From Acidimicrobiales bacterium (lineage in GTDB: Bacteria > Actinomycetota > Acidimicrobiia > Acidimicrobiales > MedAcidi-G1), in NCBI GenBank assembly GCA_030748555.1, contig JASMLT010000001.1:34914-98913 (forward strand): a stretch of 64,000 nucleotides of DNA. The letters run 5' to 3'. Positions 29,932-39,681 of this stretch are shown one piece after another (position 1 is the first letter of the stretch; each line of letters begins with the position of its first letter). A program made the translations under genes and the position numbers. Below the pieces are notes generated by a model. It was not told where the DNA came from. It saw only the letters and a program-made list of their open reading frames with translations, and ran no database searches.

Positions 29932-31077
29932 ATGAAAACACCAGTAACTGAAATGTTAGGAATCGAATTTCCTATTCTCGCATTTAGTCATTGCAGAGAT
30001 GTAGTAGCTGCAGTTTCTAAAGCTGGTGGTCTGGGAGTACTGGGAGCTGTAGGTCACAGCGACAAAGATCTTGAGATCGATTTGAAATGGATCGAAGACG
30101 AAATTGGCGATCATCCATATGGAGTTGACCTGATAGTTCCAGCTCGCTATGCCGGAGACGGTGAAGGCGGCCTAAAAATCGAAGATATTGCTGCCATGAT
30201 CCCAGATGAACACAGGAAATTTCTTGAAGAACTACTTGAACGGTATGAAGTGCCAGAAGAATCTCCTGAGGAATCAAAGTCATCCAATAGCTGGTCGGAG
30301 AGATCTACTGACGCCCCTTTTTCCGCAAATCGTGCTGCCCGTCAAATAGAAATAGCTTTAGCTCACAGACCATCTTTAATGGCTAATGCGTTGGGGCCTC
30401 CTCCCAAGGAAATGATCGACAAATGTCATGACGCAGGTGTGAAAGTAGCTGCATTAGCTGGAGCACGCACGCATGCTGAAAGACACGTGAATGCAGGGGT
30501 CGACATGATAATCGCTCAAGGATACGAAGCGGGAGGCCACACAGGTGAAATAGGATCTATGGTTCTAATCCCAGAAATTGTTGACGCCGCAGGTTCTGTA
30601 CCTGTTGTTGGTGCAGGAGGCATCGGAAGAGGCAGGCAAATGGCAGCGGCAATGGCTTTAGGAGCAGCAGGGGTCTGGTGTGGCTCAGTATGGTTAACCA
30701 CTGAAGAAGCAGAAACCCACCCCGTGGTAAAAGAAAAAATGTTAGCTGCAGGGTCTGGTGACACCCTCAGATCGCGTTCCCTGACAGGTAAACCCGCAAG
30801 AATGTTAAAAAGTGCATGGACGGAAGAATGGGCTAGAGAAGATACACCTGATCCTCTCGGCATGCCCTTGCAACCAATTTTAACCGACGGTTCACAGGCT
30901 CGAATTAACAGAACAGCTCATCATTCGGGTTCCGGATCAGAGAAACTTGCCACTTATTTCGTAGGTCAGATTGTCGGGTCAATGAACCGAGCACGACCAG
31001 CTGGTCAAGTGGTCATAGATATGATTGAGGAATTTATCGAATCTTGTGAATACCTAGCTGAGCAATTAGAAACTTGA
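29932..31077 (+). CDS. Nitronate monooxygenase / FabK-like FMN oxidoreductase
   Basis: AFSHCRDVVAAV, AQGYEAGGH, AGGIG.G, GSVWL, GQIVG. Confidence 0.87.
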   Translation: MKTPVTEMLGIEFPILAFSHCRDVVAAVSKAGGLGVLGAVGHSDKDLEIDLKWIEDEIGDHPYGVDLIVPARYAGDGEGGLKIEDIAAMIPDEHRKFLEELLERYEVPEESPEESKSSNSWSERSTDAPFSANRAARQIEIALAHRPSLMANALGPPPKEMIDKCHDAGVKVAALAGARTHAERHVNAGVDMIIAQGYEAGGHTGEIGSMVLIPEIVDAAGSVPVVGAGGIGRGRQMAAAMALGAAGVWCGSVWLTTEEAETHPVVKEKMLAAGSGDTLRSRSLTGKPARMLKSAWTEEWAREDTPDPLGMPLQPILTDGSQARINRTAHHSGSGSEKLATYFVGQIVGSMNRARPAGQVVIDMIEEFIESCEYLAEQLET

Positions 31078-31082
31078 TTTAA

Positions 31083-31904
31083 TCACACGTTTATTGTTTC
31101 AAGATCAGATGGAAGAATAATTTCACCGTCAAAATGTTCAGAAGCCATTTGTATCCATTGGTCAATATCTTCTTGCGTTGAAGGGGCAGGCACACAATGG
31201 TTTAGAACAAGGGTTTTAACTCCTGCCTTATCCGCTGTACGAGCTGCATCTTCAACCGTCGAATGGTAATCAAGGACGTCTAAAAGGCGTTCTACTGGAA
31301 TTTGTTTGATCAGATCGTCTCTTACGACGGTCTGCACGTACACATCTGCACCTGAGCAGAGTTCATCTAAGCCCTCACATGGGACTGTGTCTCCTGCTAA
31401 AACAATCGAACTGCCCTCTGCTTCAATCCTGTATCCAACCGTCGGGTGGACTGGCTTGTGCTCAGTCATAGCTGCGGTGATTCGTACCTGTCCGTCGTCT
31501 AAGACAACCCCTGCAGCAGTCTCGGCAACCTCAAGCTGTGGTGACTCCAGATCTGAATGATGCTCAATTCGATATCCAATATCGGACTCAAGCATCTTGA
31601 GGGTGCTTTTAATGAAATTATCCGTGCCTTCTGGTCCAACTATCGGCAGAGGTGGAGCTGGAAATCCGGAAATCCACCTAGTCGTAATTAAATCATTTAC
31701 ATCTGTTACATGGTCACTATGCAAATGAGTGAGAAGAAGCCTCTCAATAGTTATAGGTGGGGCTCCGGCAGCTGCCAAACGCATTAGACAACCTCTTCCG
31801 CAGTCAATAAGAAAACTACGATCTGCTACTTTGACCAGCTGCGAGGGGCCAGAACGATTGGGGTCTGGGAGTGGGGTCCCAGTGCCGGTCATAATTAATT
31901 CCAT
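31083..31904 (-). CDS. Metallo-beta-lactamase fold hydrolase (RNase Z / AtsA family)
   Basis: GTGTP.P, DCG, THLHSDH, GDT, YHST, LNH. Confidence 0.85.
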   Translation of the reverse strand: MELIMTGTGTPLPDPNRSGPSQLVKVADRSFLIDCGRGCLMRLAAAGAPPITIERLLLTHLHSDHVTDVNDLITTRWISGFPAPPLPIVGPEGTDNFIKSTLKMLESDIGYRIEHHSDLESPQLEVAETAAGVVLDDGQVRITAAMTEHKPVHPTVGYRIEAEGSSIVLAGDTVPCEGLDELCSGADVYVQTVVRDDLIKQIPVERLLDVLDYHSTVEDAARTADKAGVKTLVLNHCVPAPSTQEDIDQWIQMASEHFDGEIILPSDLETINV

Positions 31905-31908
31905 TTGA

Positions 31909-32679
31909 TCAACTCAGATTATTAAAGCTAACAAGTCCTCCGCCGTCGAGGACTAAAGTTTGACCTGTCATCCATCCAGATGACTCGCTCGCAAGGTACA
32001 AAGCAGCCGATGCTATGTCCTGAGTCTCGCCCAGACGTTTTAGAGGATAACTTTTAGCCACAATGTCACCCTGTCCGCCTTCCCATAACGCCTTTGCGAA
32101 ATCTGTCTTGATTAAACCTGGCGCGATCGCGTTGACTCGAACTCCCGGCGCAAGCTCCGCAGCTAATTGCATAGTTAAATGGATCAAAGCCGCTTTGGTT
32201 ATGTCATAGGGACCAAGTATCGGGTTAGTTGAAAGTCCTCCTACTGAGGAAATGTTGACGATGTTTCCACCATTTTCCTTCATCCATAGGTTCCAACATT
32301 TTTGACTCCACAACAATGGTCCTGTGAGGTTCACTTCGATTGTTTTGTCCCAGCGGGGAACATCAACATCTATTGTCGGCCCAGCATATGGATTCGTCGC
32401 AGCATTGTTAATGAGAATATCCACGCTTCCGAACGTCGAAAGTGTGGCTTGGACCGCACGTTCGATGTCTTCGATCCGACCAGCATTGCCAGCCTCAAAT
32501 GCTAAATCACCGCCAGTTTCTTCAGTAATTTCTTTTACAGCTTCCTCACATACCTCTGCCTTGCGGCTAGTAATCATTACTTTTGCTCCTGCTGAAGCAA
32601 ATTCGGCTGCTATTGCCTTGCCGATACCTCGAGAACCGCCTGTCACTATCGCTACTTTTCCGTTTAAATCTGTATCCAT
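31909..32679 (-). CDS. Short-chain dehydrogenase/reductase
   Basis: TGGSRGIG, NNAATNP, YDITK, VNAIAPG, DGG. Confidence 0.9.
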   Translation of the reverse strand: MDTDLNGKVAIVTGGSRGIGKAIAAEFASAGAKVMITSRKAEVCEEAVKEITEETGGDLAFEAGNAGRIEDIERAVQATLSTFGSVDILINNAATNPYAGPTIDVDVPRWDKTIEVNLTGPLLWSQKCWNLWMKENGGNIVNISSVGGLSTNPILGPYDITKAALIHLTMQLAAELAPGVRVNAIAPGLIKTDFAKALWEGGQGDIVAKSYPLKRLGETQDIASAALYLASESSGWMTGQTLVLDGGGLVSFNNLS

Positions 32680-32754
32680 GTGTCGACTTTATCCACTAAA
32701 AGATCTGATGGGCCGATCAGGCAAAAGAAGTGGAAACTCTGCAAAGATTAGGTC

Positions 32755-33783
32755 GTGGAAGATAAAAGAGATATCGAGTTGGTTCTCGAGCCTGAAGATG
32801 AATACAACCATGAACCTGACGACGTTTCGAACTACAACGAATCGATGTATTTCAATCTGATTGACCATTCTCAGAAAATCGGCGGCTGGTTCAGATTGGG
32901 TAATCGAGTTAATGAAAATTACGCAGAAATGACCTGTTGCATCTATATGCCGGATGGGCGTGTTGGTTTCATGTATAAAAAACCAGAAATTCAAACAAAC
33001 GATGTTTTTGATGCTGGCGGTATGCGTTTCGAAGTAGTTGAACCTTTTAAAGAGTTGAAACTTTCTTACGAAGGGAAAGTGTGCGTCTTAGACAAACCAA
33101 ATGATATGTCTGAACCTAAAAAAGCTTTTACTGAGAATCCCATGGTCGATACGAAAGTCGAGCTTACATTCAATGGAATTTCACCAATGTTTGGCGGGCG
33201 TCCAGTGGAAAAATCGACAGGAAAAGAACCTACTCAAAAAATGGAGGAATCTTTTTCAAAAGCCCACTATGAACAACACATATCCGGAAAAGGGACTGTA
33301 GAAGTTGGAGATGAACGTTTTGAATTAAGTGGTTTAGGCCTACGAGATAAATCATGGGGTGCCCGGTATTGGCAGGCAATTGCCTGGTACCGCTGGTTGC
33401 CAATGGCTTTCAGTGATGATTTCGCGATGATGATCTCATTGATCAGCAAGGATGGCATAACAGCCTCAAGCGGAGGAATGGTTCTTCACGACGACACTTA
33501 CCATTTGATCAGGAGCGTGGAAATTGATTCCGTTTGGGATGATGATTGGTACCAGAAATCCCTAAAAGCTCGGATATCGACAGACCATAGAGATTATGAA
33601 ATTAAAGGTGAAGTTGAATCTCTAATACCACTCAGAAATCAAAGAACCACTCCAGATGGCGAACAACTCCTTACGCGAATAACAGAAGGTCTCACGCGCT
33701 ATGAGTGTGATGGCTTGACTGGATGGGGAATGTCTGAATATTTGGATCAGATTGTCGATGGGATTCCTATAGGAGCTGTATAA
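32755..33783 (+). CDS. Hypothetical protein (beta-rich; possibly AttH/lipocalin-like)
   Basis: 342 aa, GTG start; NESMYF, HYEQ, RDKSWGAR and GMSEY look like conserved motifs, but the family was not identified. Confidence 0.65.
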   Translation: MEDKRDIELVLEPEDEYNHEPDDVSNYNESMYFNLIDHSQKIGGWFRLGNRVNENYAEMTCCIYMPDGRVGFMYKKPEIQTNDVFDAGGMRFEVVEPFKELKLSYEGKVCVLDKPNDMSEPKKAFTENPMVDTKVELTFNGISPMFGGRPVEKSTGKEPTQKMEESFSKAHYEQHISGKGTVEVGDERFELSGLGLRDKSWGARYWQAIAWYRWLPMAFSDDFAMMISLISKDGITASSGGMVLHDDTYHLIRSVEIDSVWDDDWYQKSLKARISTDHRDYEIKGEVESLIPLRNQRTTPDGEQLLTRITEGLTRYECDGLTGWGMSEYLDQIVDGIPIGAV

Positions 33784-33787
33784 GTCT

Positions 33788-34405
33788 TTGCACGGGAAAA
33801 GATCAGAAACTGAAAATATCGTTCGATGCAATTGGGTGGGTCAACACGAAGACTATAAGGCCTACCATGACGATGAATGGGGTCGCCCAGTAACCGGCGA
33901 TAGTGCCCTATTCGAAAGAATCTGTCTCGAAGGATTTCAAGCAGGTTTGTCATGGCTGACAATATTGCGAAAAAGGGAATCTTTCCGATCTGCTTTTGAA
34001 ACTTTTGAACCTTCAAGAGTTGCTGAGTTTGACCAAAAAAAGGTCGAATCCCTGATGGATAACGTTCAAATAGTTAGAAACAGGGCAAAAATTTTGTCCA
34101 CTGTAAACAATGCTCAGTGTGCTTTAAAAATGATTGACGAATATGGGTCACTTGCAAATTTTCTTTGGTCTTTTGAACCGTCCTCAAAAAGGTACAAAAA
34201 TGTGAACTCCGTTCCTTCTCAAACCGATGATTCAAAAAAGTTAAGTTCTGAGTTGAAAAAAAAGGGTTGGAGTTTTGTTGGCCCTACAACCATCTATGCG
34301 TTCATGCAGGCCGTGGGAATGGTAAACGACCACGTAACGAGTTGTTGGGTTTTTGAAGATGTGGAAAATGAGAGGCGAAAACTTCCTCGTCCGATTCAAA
34401 ACTGA
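33788..34405 (+). CDS. tag: DNA-3-methyladenine glycosylase I
   Basis: RCNW, YHDDEWG, LEGFQAGLSW, IVRNRAKI, FVGPTTIYAFMQA, NDH. Confidence 0.95.
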   Translation: MHGKRSETENIVRCNWVGQHEDYKAYHDDEWGRPVTGDSALFERICLEGFQAGLSWLTILRKRESFRSAFETFEPSRVAEFDQKKVESLMDNVQIVRNRAKILSTVNNAQCALKMIDEYGSLANFLWSFEPSSKRYKNVNSVPSQTDDSKKLSSELKKKGWSFVGPTTIYAFMQAVGMVNDHVTSCWVFEDVENERRKLPRPIQN

Positions 34406-34407
34406 TG

Positions 34408-35418
34408 TTATGAGTCCCTATTCACAACAAAGTGAGCAATTTCTTCCAATTCGCAAAATGTTTCTTTTCTGATATCTGCGTTATTAAGAAATTCAATTGC
34501 TCTTTTGAGATGTTTATCTGCTTCCTCAAGAGTAGCTTCACGCCCTCCGGCATTTTCTATTAAAGAGGATGCATAGGAGACTTCTTCCTCACTGAGCTCT
34601 CCGGCAATGTTGAAAACATCTAAAAGCTTTTCTGATTCTGGACTCTTCGCAGAAAGAACAATGGAAACCGGCATAGATTTCTTTCTTTCTCTAAGATCGT
34701 TACCAACCGGCTTACCTGTAACTTTTGGATTTCCCCAAATGCCGAGCACATCATCCACTGCTTGATAAGCGAGTCCTAATTCATATCCAAAAACTTCGAG
34801 AGAGTTGCAAGTGTCTTCATTAGCTCCACTCAAAACTGCTCCCACGGAAGCCGCGTAACCTAATAAGGCTCCAGTCTTAGCTGCTTCCATTTTTAAACAT
34901 TCTTCGAAACTAACAGTCGGCAAATCATCAAAAGTCATGTCTGAGGCTTGTCCGGAAATCATCGTCGTGGTCGCATCCACTAACCGTCTGGCAGCCTGCA
35001 CACGTTCTGGAGAGTCTTCTTCTAACAGAACTTGAAAGGCCAGAATATGTAAAGCATCACCTGCTATCAAGGCATCCTCAACAGTGAATGCAGTCCAGGC
35101 ACTGGGCCTGTGTCTACGTTCTTTATCGCCATCAATAATGTCGTCATGAATTAATGAAAAATTGTGAATCATCTCCACAGCGACCGCTCCTGGCATGGCC
35201 GATTCGGGATCTCCACCCACTGCCTCAGAGGATAGAATCGCAAGCGCAGGGCGTAACCGTTTCCCTGCATCTTTAGGGGTTTCAAATCCTTGAATTGTTT
35301 TCCATCCAAAGTGATATTCAATTACAGGTAACAAATCGTCTGAAAGTTTTTTCACCGAATTTATTAATTCAGGTTCGATTATCTGCATGACCCTATTCAG
35401 GGCTTGTGGACTTTCCAT
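34408..35418 (-). CDS. Polyprenyl (GGPP) synthetase
   Basis: GKRLRP, HNFSLIHDDIID..RR, GQ..D, KTGAL, QAVDD, KKS. Confidence 0.92.
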   Translation of the reverse strand: MESPQALNRVMQIIEPELINSVKKLSDDLLPVIEYHFGWKTIQGFETPKDAGKRLRPALAILSSEAVGGDPESAMPGAVAVEMIHNFSLIHDDIIDGDKERRHRPSAWTAFTVEDALIAGDALHILAFQVLLEEDSPERVQAARRLVDATTTMISGQASDMTFDDLPTVSFEECLKMEAAKTGALLGYAASVGAVLSGANEDTCNSLEVFGYELGLAYQAVDDVLGIWGNPKVTGKPVGNDLRERKKSMPVSIVLSAKSPESEKLLDVFNIAGELSEEEVSYASSLIENAGGREATLEEADKHLKRAIEFLNNADIRKETFCELEEIAHFVVNRDS

Positions 35419-35421
35419 GAC

Positions 35422-36186
35422 TTATTTACTTCGATCATTGATGAAGGGGAAAGTTTCTCGTACTTCCGAGACTCTTTCTGGCTTAATATCTGCTACCAAT
35501 ATTTCCTCACCGCCCGAAGAAGCTTCTTTTAGTACTTCACCCAAGGGGTCAATGATTGCTGAGTCTCCTTGATAGGACAAGCCATCTCCTTCGCCAACTC
35601 TATTAACACCCACTACATATGCCTGATTTTCAATAGCGCGAGAACGCAGTAGTGCCTTCCAGTGGTTACTCCTAGTCGAAGGCCAATTCGCGACCACTAA
35701 ATACAAATCAGTGCTTGGAGCTAAGTTCCAAAAGGCGTCTGCAAATCTCAAGTCGTAACATATGAATAAACTCGTCCGTACTCCCAACAGATCTATTGTC
35801 ACAAATTGACTACCAGCTCGATAATTTTCATGTTCACCGGCGAAAGTAAATGGAAAAACTTTGTCATATTTGTATGACTCTCCCAAAGGGCCTTTAACTA
35901 GAAAACGGTTCACAGGAAGTTCATCTTCTCGATCTTTTGTTGGAACAGACGCAGCCATCCACAAATTGTTAATCTTTGCTTGCTCGCTAAGAAAAGTTTC
36001 ACTTTCCCCTTCAGGTTTTTCTGCGATTTTTTCAGATGCCATTGAGAACCCGGTTGAGTACATCTCAGAAAGGACGACCAACTCTGCTCCGTCCTCTGCC
36101 GCCTGAGCAACCATAGGGGTTAAATTCTCATGATTTGCTGAAGGGTTTTCCCAAATAACATCGTGTTGTATGGCAGCTATTTTCAT
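35422..36186 (-). CDS. Nitrilase-superfamily amidase (YafV/omega-amidase-like)
   Basis: LSEMYSTGF, YDK, ICYDLRF (E-K-C triad), RAIENQ. Confidence 0.88.
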   Translation of the reverse strand: MKIAAIQHDVIWENPSANHENLTPMVAQAAEDGAELVVLSEMYSTGFSMASEKIAEKPEGESETFLSEQAKINNLWMAASVPTKDREDELPVNRFLVKGPLGESYKYDKVFPFTFAGEHENYRAGSQFVTIDLLGVRTSLFICYDLRFADAFWNLAPSTDLYLVVANWPSTRSNHWKALLRSRAIENQAYVVGVNRVGEGDGLSYQGDSAIIDPLGEVLKEASSGGEEILVADIKPERVSEVRETFPFINDRSK

Positions 36187-37361
36187 TTTTGAGCCTTTAA
36201 AGTGAGCAGTTTCTCAACTGCATGATCCAAAACCTCAGGTTTCTTGCAATAGGCGAACCTTACAAGTGGTTTTCCGATGGTCTTGTTGTCATAGAAAACC
36301 TCATTAGGTACTGCAACAACCCCACACCGGTTAGGCAAATCCCAGCAAAATTCAATGCCATCTTCATCCCCTAAAGGTCTTATATCAACAGTTGCGTAAT
36401 ATGTTCCCGATGGTCTAAAAACCTCAAATCCGGCTTTTTCTAAACCTTCACAGAGGATGTCTCGCTTGTTTGCCAGATCAAGTGCAAGATTCATATAGTA
36501 ATTTTCGTCTAACTTTAAGGCTTCTGCAATCGCATGTTGAAAAGGTGCTCCATTTACGTAAGTCAAAAATTGTTTTGCAATTCGAACTGCAGATAAAAGT
36601 TCGGAAGGGCCATGAGCCCAGCCGATCTTCCAACCAGTAAAGCCAAAAGTTTTCGCTGCCGAAGAAATTGTAAGAGTTCGTTCACTCATATCCGGAAGAG
36701 TCGAAATAGGTATGTGAGACTGTCCGTCAAAAACCAAATGCTCATAAACTTCGTCAGTCACTACTAGGAGATCTTTCTCGACAGCTAGTTTTGCTATTTG
36801 AGAAAGTTCCTGGTTATTGAACACTTTTCCTGTTGGGTTATGAGGAGAATTAAGAAGAATTAATCTTGTGTTTGAATTAACTTTCGACGCAAGTTCTTCG
36901 TAGTCGAATGAATAGTCTGGAGTTTTAAGAGTTACCACACGACGTTTACCACCAGCCATTGCAATAGCCGCAGCATAAACATCAAAATAAGGCTCAAAAG
37001 TAATTACTTCTTGTCCTGGTTCAACCAAGGCAATTAAAGAAGCTGCTAAAGCTTCTGATGCTCCGGCAGTAATCAACACTTCAGTATCTGGATCGACTTC
37101 TATCCCATAGAACCTCTTTTGATGCTCTGAAACAGCAACCCTTAAAGACTCGATTCCTAGTCCAGGTGGATATTGATTATGCCCATCTCTAATTGCTTTA
37201 ATAGCAGCTTCCGCCACTTGATTAGGTCCATCAGTGTCAGGGAAACCTTGTCCCAAATTTATTGAGTCTGTTCTAATAGCTAAAGCTGACATCTCTGCAA
37301 AAATAGTTGTTCCAAAGGCTTGCAACCTTTCTGCCAAATACGGGTTTTTTGCCATCATCAC
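36183..37361 (-). CDS. PLP-dependent class I aminotransferase (YbdL/kynurenine-glutamine transaminase-like)
   Basis: INLGQGFPD, NSPHNPTGK, DEVYEH, SAAKTF.FTGWKIGW, RFAYCK. Confidence 0.9.
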   Translation of the reverse strand: MMMAKNPYLAERLQAFGTTIFAEMSALAIRTDSINLGQGFPDTDGPNQVAEAAIKAIRDGHNQYPPGLGIESLRVAVSEHQKRFYGIEVDPDTEVLITAGASEALAASLIALVEPGQEVITFEPYFDVYAAAIAMAGGKRRVVTLKTPDYSFDYEELASKVNSNTRLILLNSPHNPTGKVFNNQELSQIAKLAVEKDLLVVTDEVYEHLVFDGQSHIPISTLPDMSERTLTISSAAKTFGFTGWKIGWAHGPSELLSAVRIAKQFLTYVNGAPFQHAIAEALKLDENYYMNLALDLANKRDILCEGLEKAGFEVFRPSGTYYATVDIRPLGDEDGIEFCWDLPNRCGVVAVPNEVFYDNKTIGKPLVRFAYCKKPEVLDHAVEKLLTLKAQK

Positions 37362-37374
37362 TTTTTAGACCAGT

Positions 37375-39681
37375 TCAATCTCTTAATCCTGATTTACCTG
37401 AAATAGCAGACCAAATCCTCTGCGGAGTTAAAGGCATATCTAGATGATCAATGCCGAGATGCGAGATTGCATCTATCACAGCGTTTTGAGTGGCAGCGGT
37501 TGAGCCAATAGTTCCAGACTCTCCTATGCCTTTTGCTCCTATGGAATTAAGCGGAGTGGGAGTTTCTATTGATACGCGATCGAAACTAGGAACCTCCATG
37601 GCTGATATAGCTGTGTAATCCATCAGATTCGCTGTTTGGGGATTTCCATCATTGTCATATGAAATTTCCTCTAAAAGGGCTTGAGCTACTCCCTGTGCTA
37701 ACCCACCGTGAACTTGACCGGTTGCTAACAAGGGATTGACTATTGTCCCGGCATCATCAACTGCAACGATCCTCTTTATTTTTGCTTCTCCAGTTTCAAT
37801 ATCTACTTCTGCTATAACAATGTGAGCACCAAATGGGAATGTTGCGCCTTCCTGTAAGAAATCTGACTCCCCTGTTAATTGTTTTTGATCTGTTCTAGGA
37901 CTTGAAGCTAACTCACTCCATGAAACTGATACTGCAGGTGTTCCGACTACGTGAAAATTGCCAGATTCTTTATTCAGAACAATGTCTTCATCTGATGCCT
38001 CTAAAAGATCTGCTACGACTTTGCGTGCAGCGTCAACCAGTTTTTCAGACGCATCAGCCATAGAAGACCCTGACACTTGAACTGATCTCGAACCTCCTGT
38101 CATCTCACCAGATGGAACCACATCAGTATCCCCATAAATTATCTCTACTTTTTCCATAGGCACACCAAGACGATCAGCTACAAGCATTGCCCACGTAGTT
38201 ACATGACCTGTTCCAATTGGAGTACTTCCTGTTGTAGCTTGAAAGGTTCCATCATCTTTCAGTTCAACTAAACCAAACTCGCTACCACCTCCGCCAGCGG
38301 TGACTTCTACGTATGTAGAGATGCCAATTCCTAACTGCAATCTTTCGTTTTCTTCACGTCTGCGACTTTGTTCGTTTCTAAGAGCTTTGTAATCAATAGT
38401 GTTGAGAGCTTCGTCTAATGCTTTTTCATAGTCACCTGAGTCGTAAACAGTTCCTGTTGAGTTTTTAAATGGGAATTCATCGGGACTGGGAAAATTCAGC
38501 CTTCTCACTTCGGCTGGATCCATTGCTATTTTCCTTGCAAATAGATCAACGGTTCTCTCGATTACTGAAGTAGCTTCTGGGCGTCCCGCCCCCCGATATG
38601 CACAAACTGGAGCTGTTGTCGTAGCAACAGAACGTGAAGAAAATTCAACATTAGGAATTCTGTATACTCCGCTTGCCATCATTAGGGTAGAGCCAGGCAG
38701 AACGGCTCCCCATTTCGGATAAGCACCACTGTCTTGAATTACTTCGAGGCTGTAATGGGTAATTTCACCATTAAGCTTTCCACCCATTTTGACTTTTTGT
38801 TTTTGCGCTCTCCCATGCGCAAAACTAGTTAAATTTTCTGTTCTGCTTTCCATCCATCGGACAGGTTTTTCATGCATTCGAGATAAATGGGCAATAATTA
38901 TTTCCTCTTCTGAAGCAAGTCCTTTAGCTCCAAAACCGCCTCCTATGTCAGTGATGATTACCCTTACATCTTTTGTTTCCATTTCAAGTGCTTGAGCAAC
39001 TGAATCTCGATAGTCATGAGCTCCTTGATTACTGGCCCAGCATGTGAGTCGACCATTTTCAAAAGATGCAAGTGTGACTCTCGGTTCAATAGAAACAGCT
39101 GCGACTTTAGAGTTGATGATCTCAGCTTCCACCACGACTTCGCAATCAGAAAAATCTACTGGCTTTCTTCTGGGTATCTCTGTAACTATGTTGCTCTCTA
39201 AATTTGGGAAAAGTAAGACTTCACCTGCTGCGGCTGCTTCAAGATCGACTAATGCTGGTAAAGGTTCTATATCTACCCAAATATTCTCGGCAGCATCTGC
39301 TGCTAAATACTCATTTTCCGCCAGAACTACCGCTACTGGTTCTCCAACGAAACGTACCCTTTCCCGGGCAAGATATGGTCTTGTCATCCCGGGTTCATAA
39401 GCATTCAATATGACGGCTCTGTCTGCCAAATCCAGATTTTCAGCGGTATAAATCGCAAAAACTCCTGGCATTTTCATAGCTTCGCCTGTTTCCACTGAAA
39501 TTATTTCACCATGCGAAACATTTGATCTTACAAAATGGGCGTGTAAGGCACCTTCCATTGGCACATTTGCTACATATCCGCCTTTCCCCAGTAGAAGATT
39601 TAAATCTTCACGACGTGGAACAGCATTTCCCAGTAAAGACGTTCCTCCGGTACCATGCCCACCTGATCCTTTACTGTTCAT
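37375..39681 (-). CDS. Xanthine oxidase-family molybdopterin-binding large subunit (CoxL form II-like)
   Basis: RRED, GGGFGAK, AYRGAGRPE, GQVHGG.AQG, GAKGIGESG. Confidence 0.9.
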   Translation of the reverse strand: MNSKGSGGHGTGGTSLLGNAVPRREDLNLLLGKGGYVANVPMEGALHAHFVRSNVSHGEIISVETGEAMKMPGVFAIYTAENLDLADRAVILNAYEPGMTRPYLARERVRFVGEPVAVVLAENEYLAADAAENIWVDIEPLPALVDLEAAAAGEVLLFPNLESNIVTEIPRRKPVDFSDCEVVVEAEIINSKVAAVSIEPRVTLASFENGRLTCWASNQGAHDYRDSVAQALEMETKDVRVIITDIGGGFGAKGLASEEEIIIAHLSRMHEKPVRWMESRTENLTSFAHGRAQKQKVKMGGKLNGEITHYSLEVIQDSGAYPKWGAVLPGSTLMMASGVYRIPNVEFSSRSVATTTAPVCAYRGAGRPEATSVIERTVDLFARKIAMDPAEVRRLNFPSPDEFPFKNSTGTVYDSGDYEKALDEALNTIDYKALRNEQSRRREENERLQLGIGISTYVEVTAGGGGSEFGLVELKDDGTFQATTGSTPIGTGHVTTWAMLVADRLGVPMEKVEIIYGDTDVVPSGEMTGGSRSVQVSGSSMADASEKLVDAARKVVADLLEASDEDIVLNKESGNFHVVGTPAVSVSWSELASSPRTDQKQLTGESDFLQEGATFPFGAHIVIAEVDIETGEAKIKRIVAVDDAGTIVNPLLATGQVHGGLAQGVAQALLEEISYDNDGNPQTANLMDYTAISAMEVPSFDRVSIETPTPLNSIGAKGIGESGTIGSTAATQNAVIDAISHLGIDHLDMPLTPQRIWSAISGKSGLRD

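Noticed and set aside
37375-39681. Aerobic CO dehydrogenase (form I CoxL)
   Set aside because: The active-site loop is AYRGAGR rather than AYxCSFR, and coxM, coxS and accessory genes are absent.
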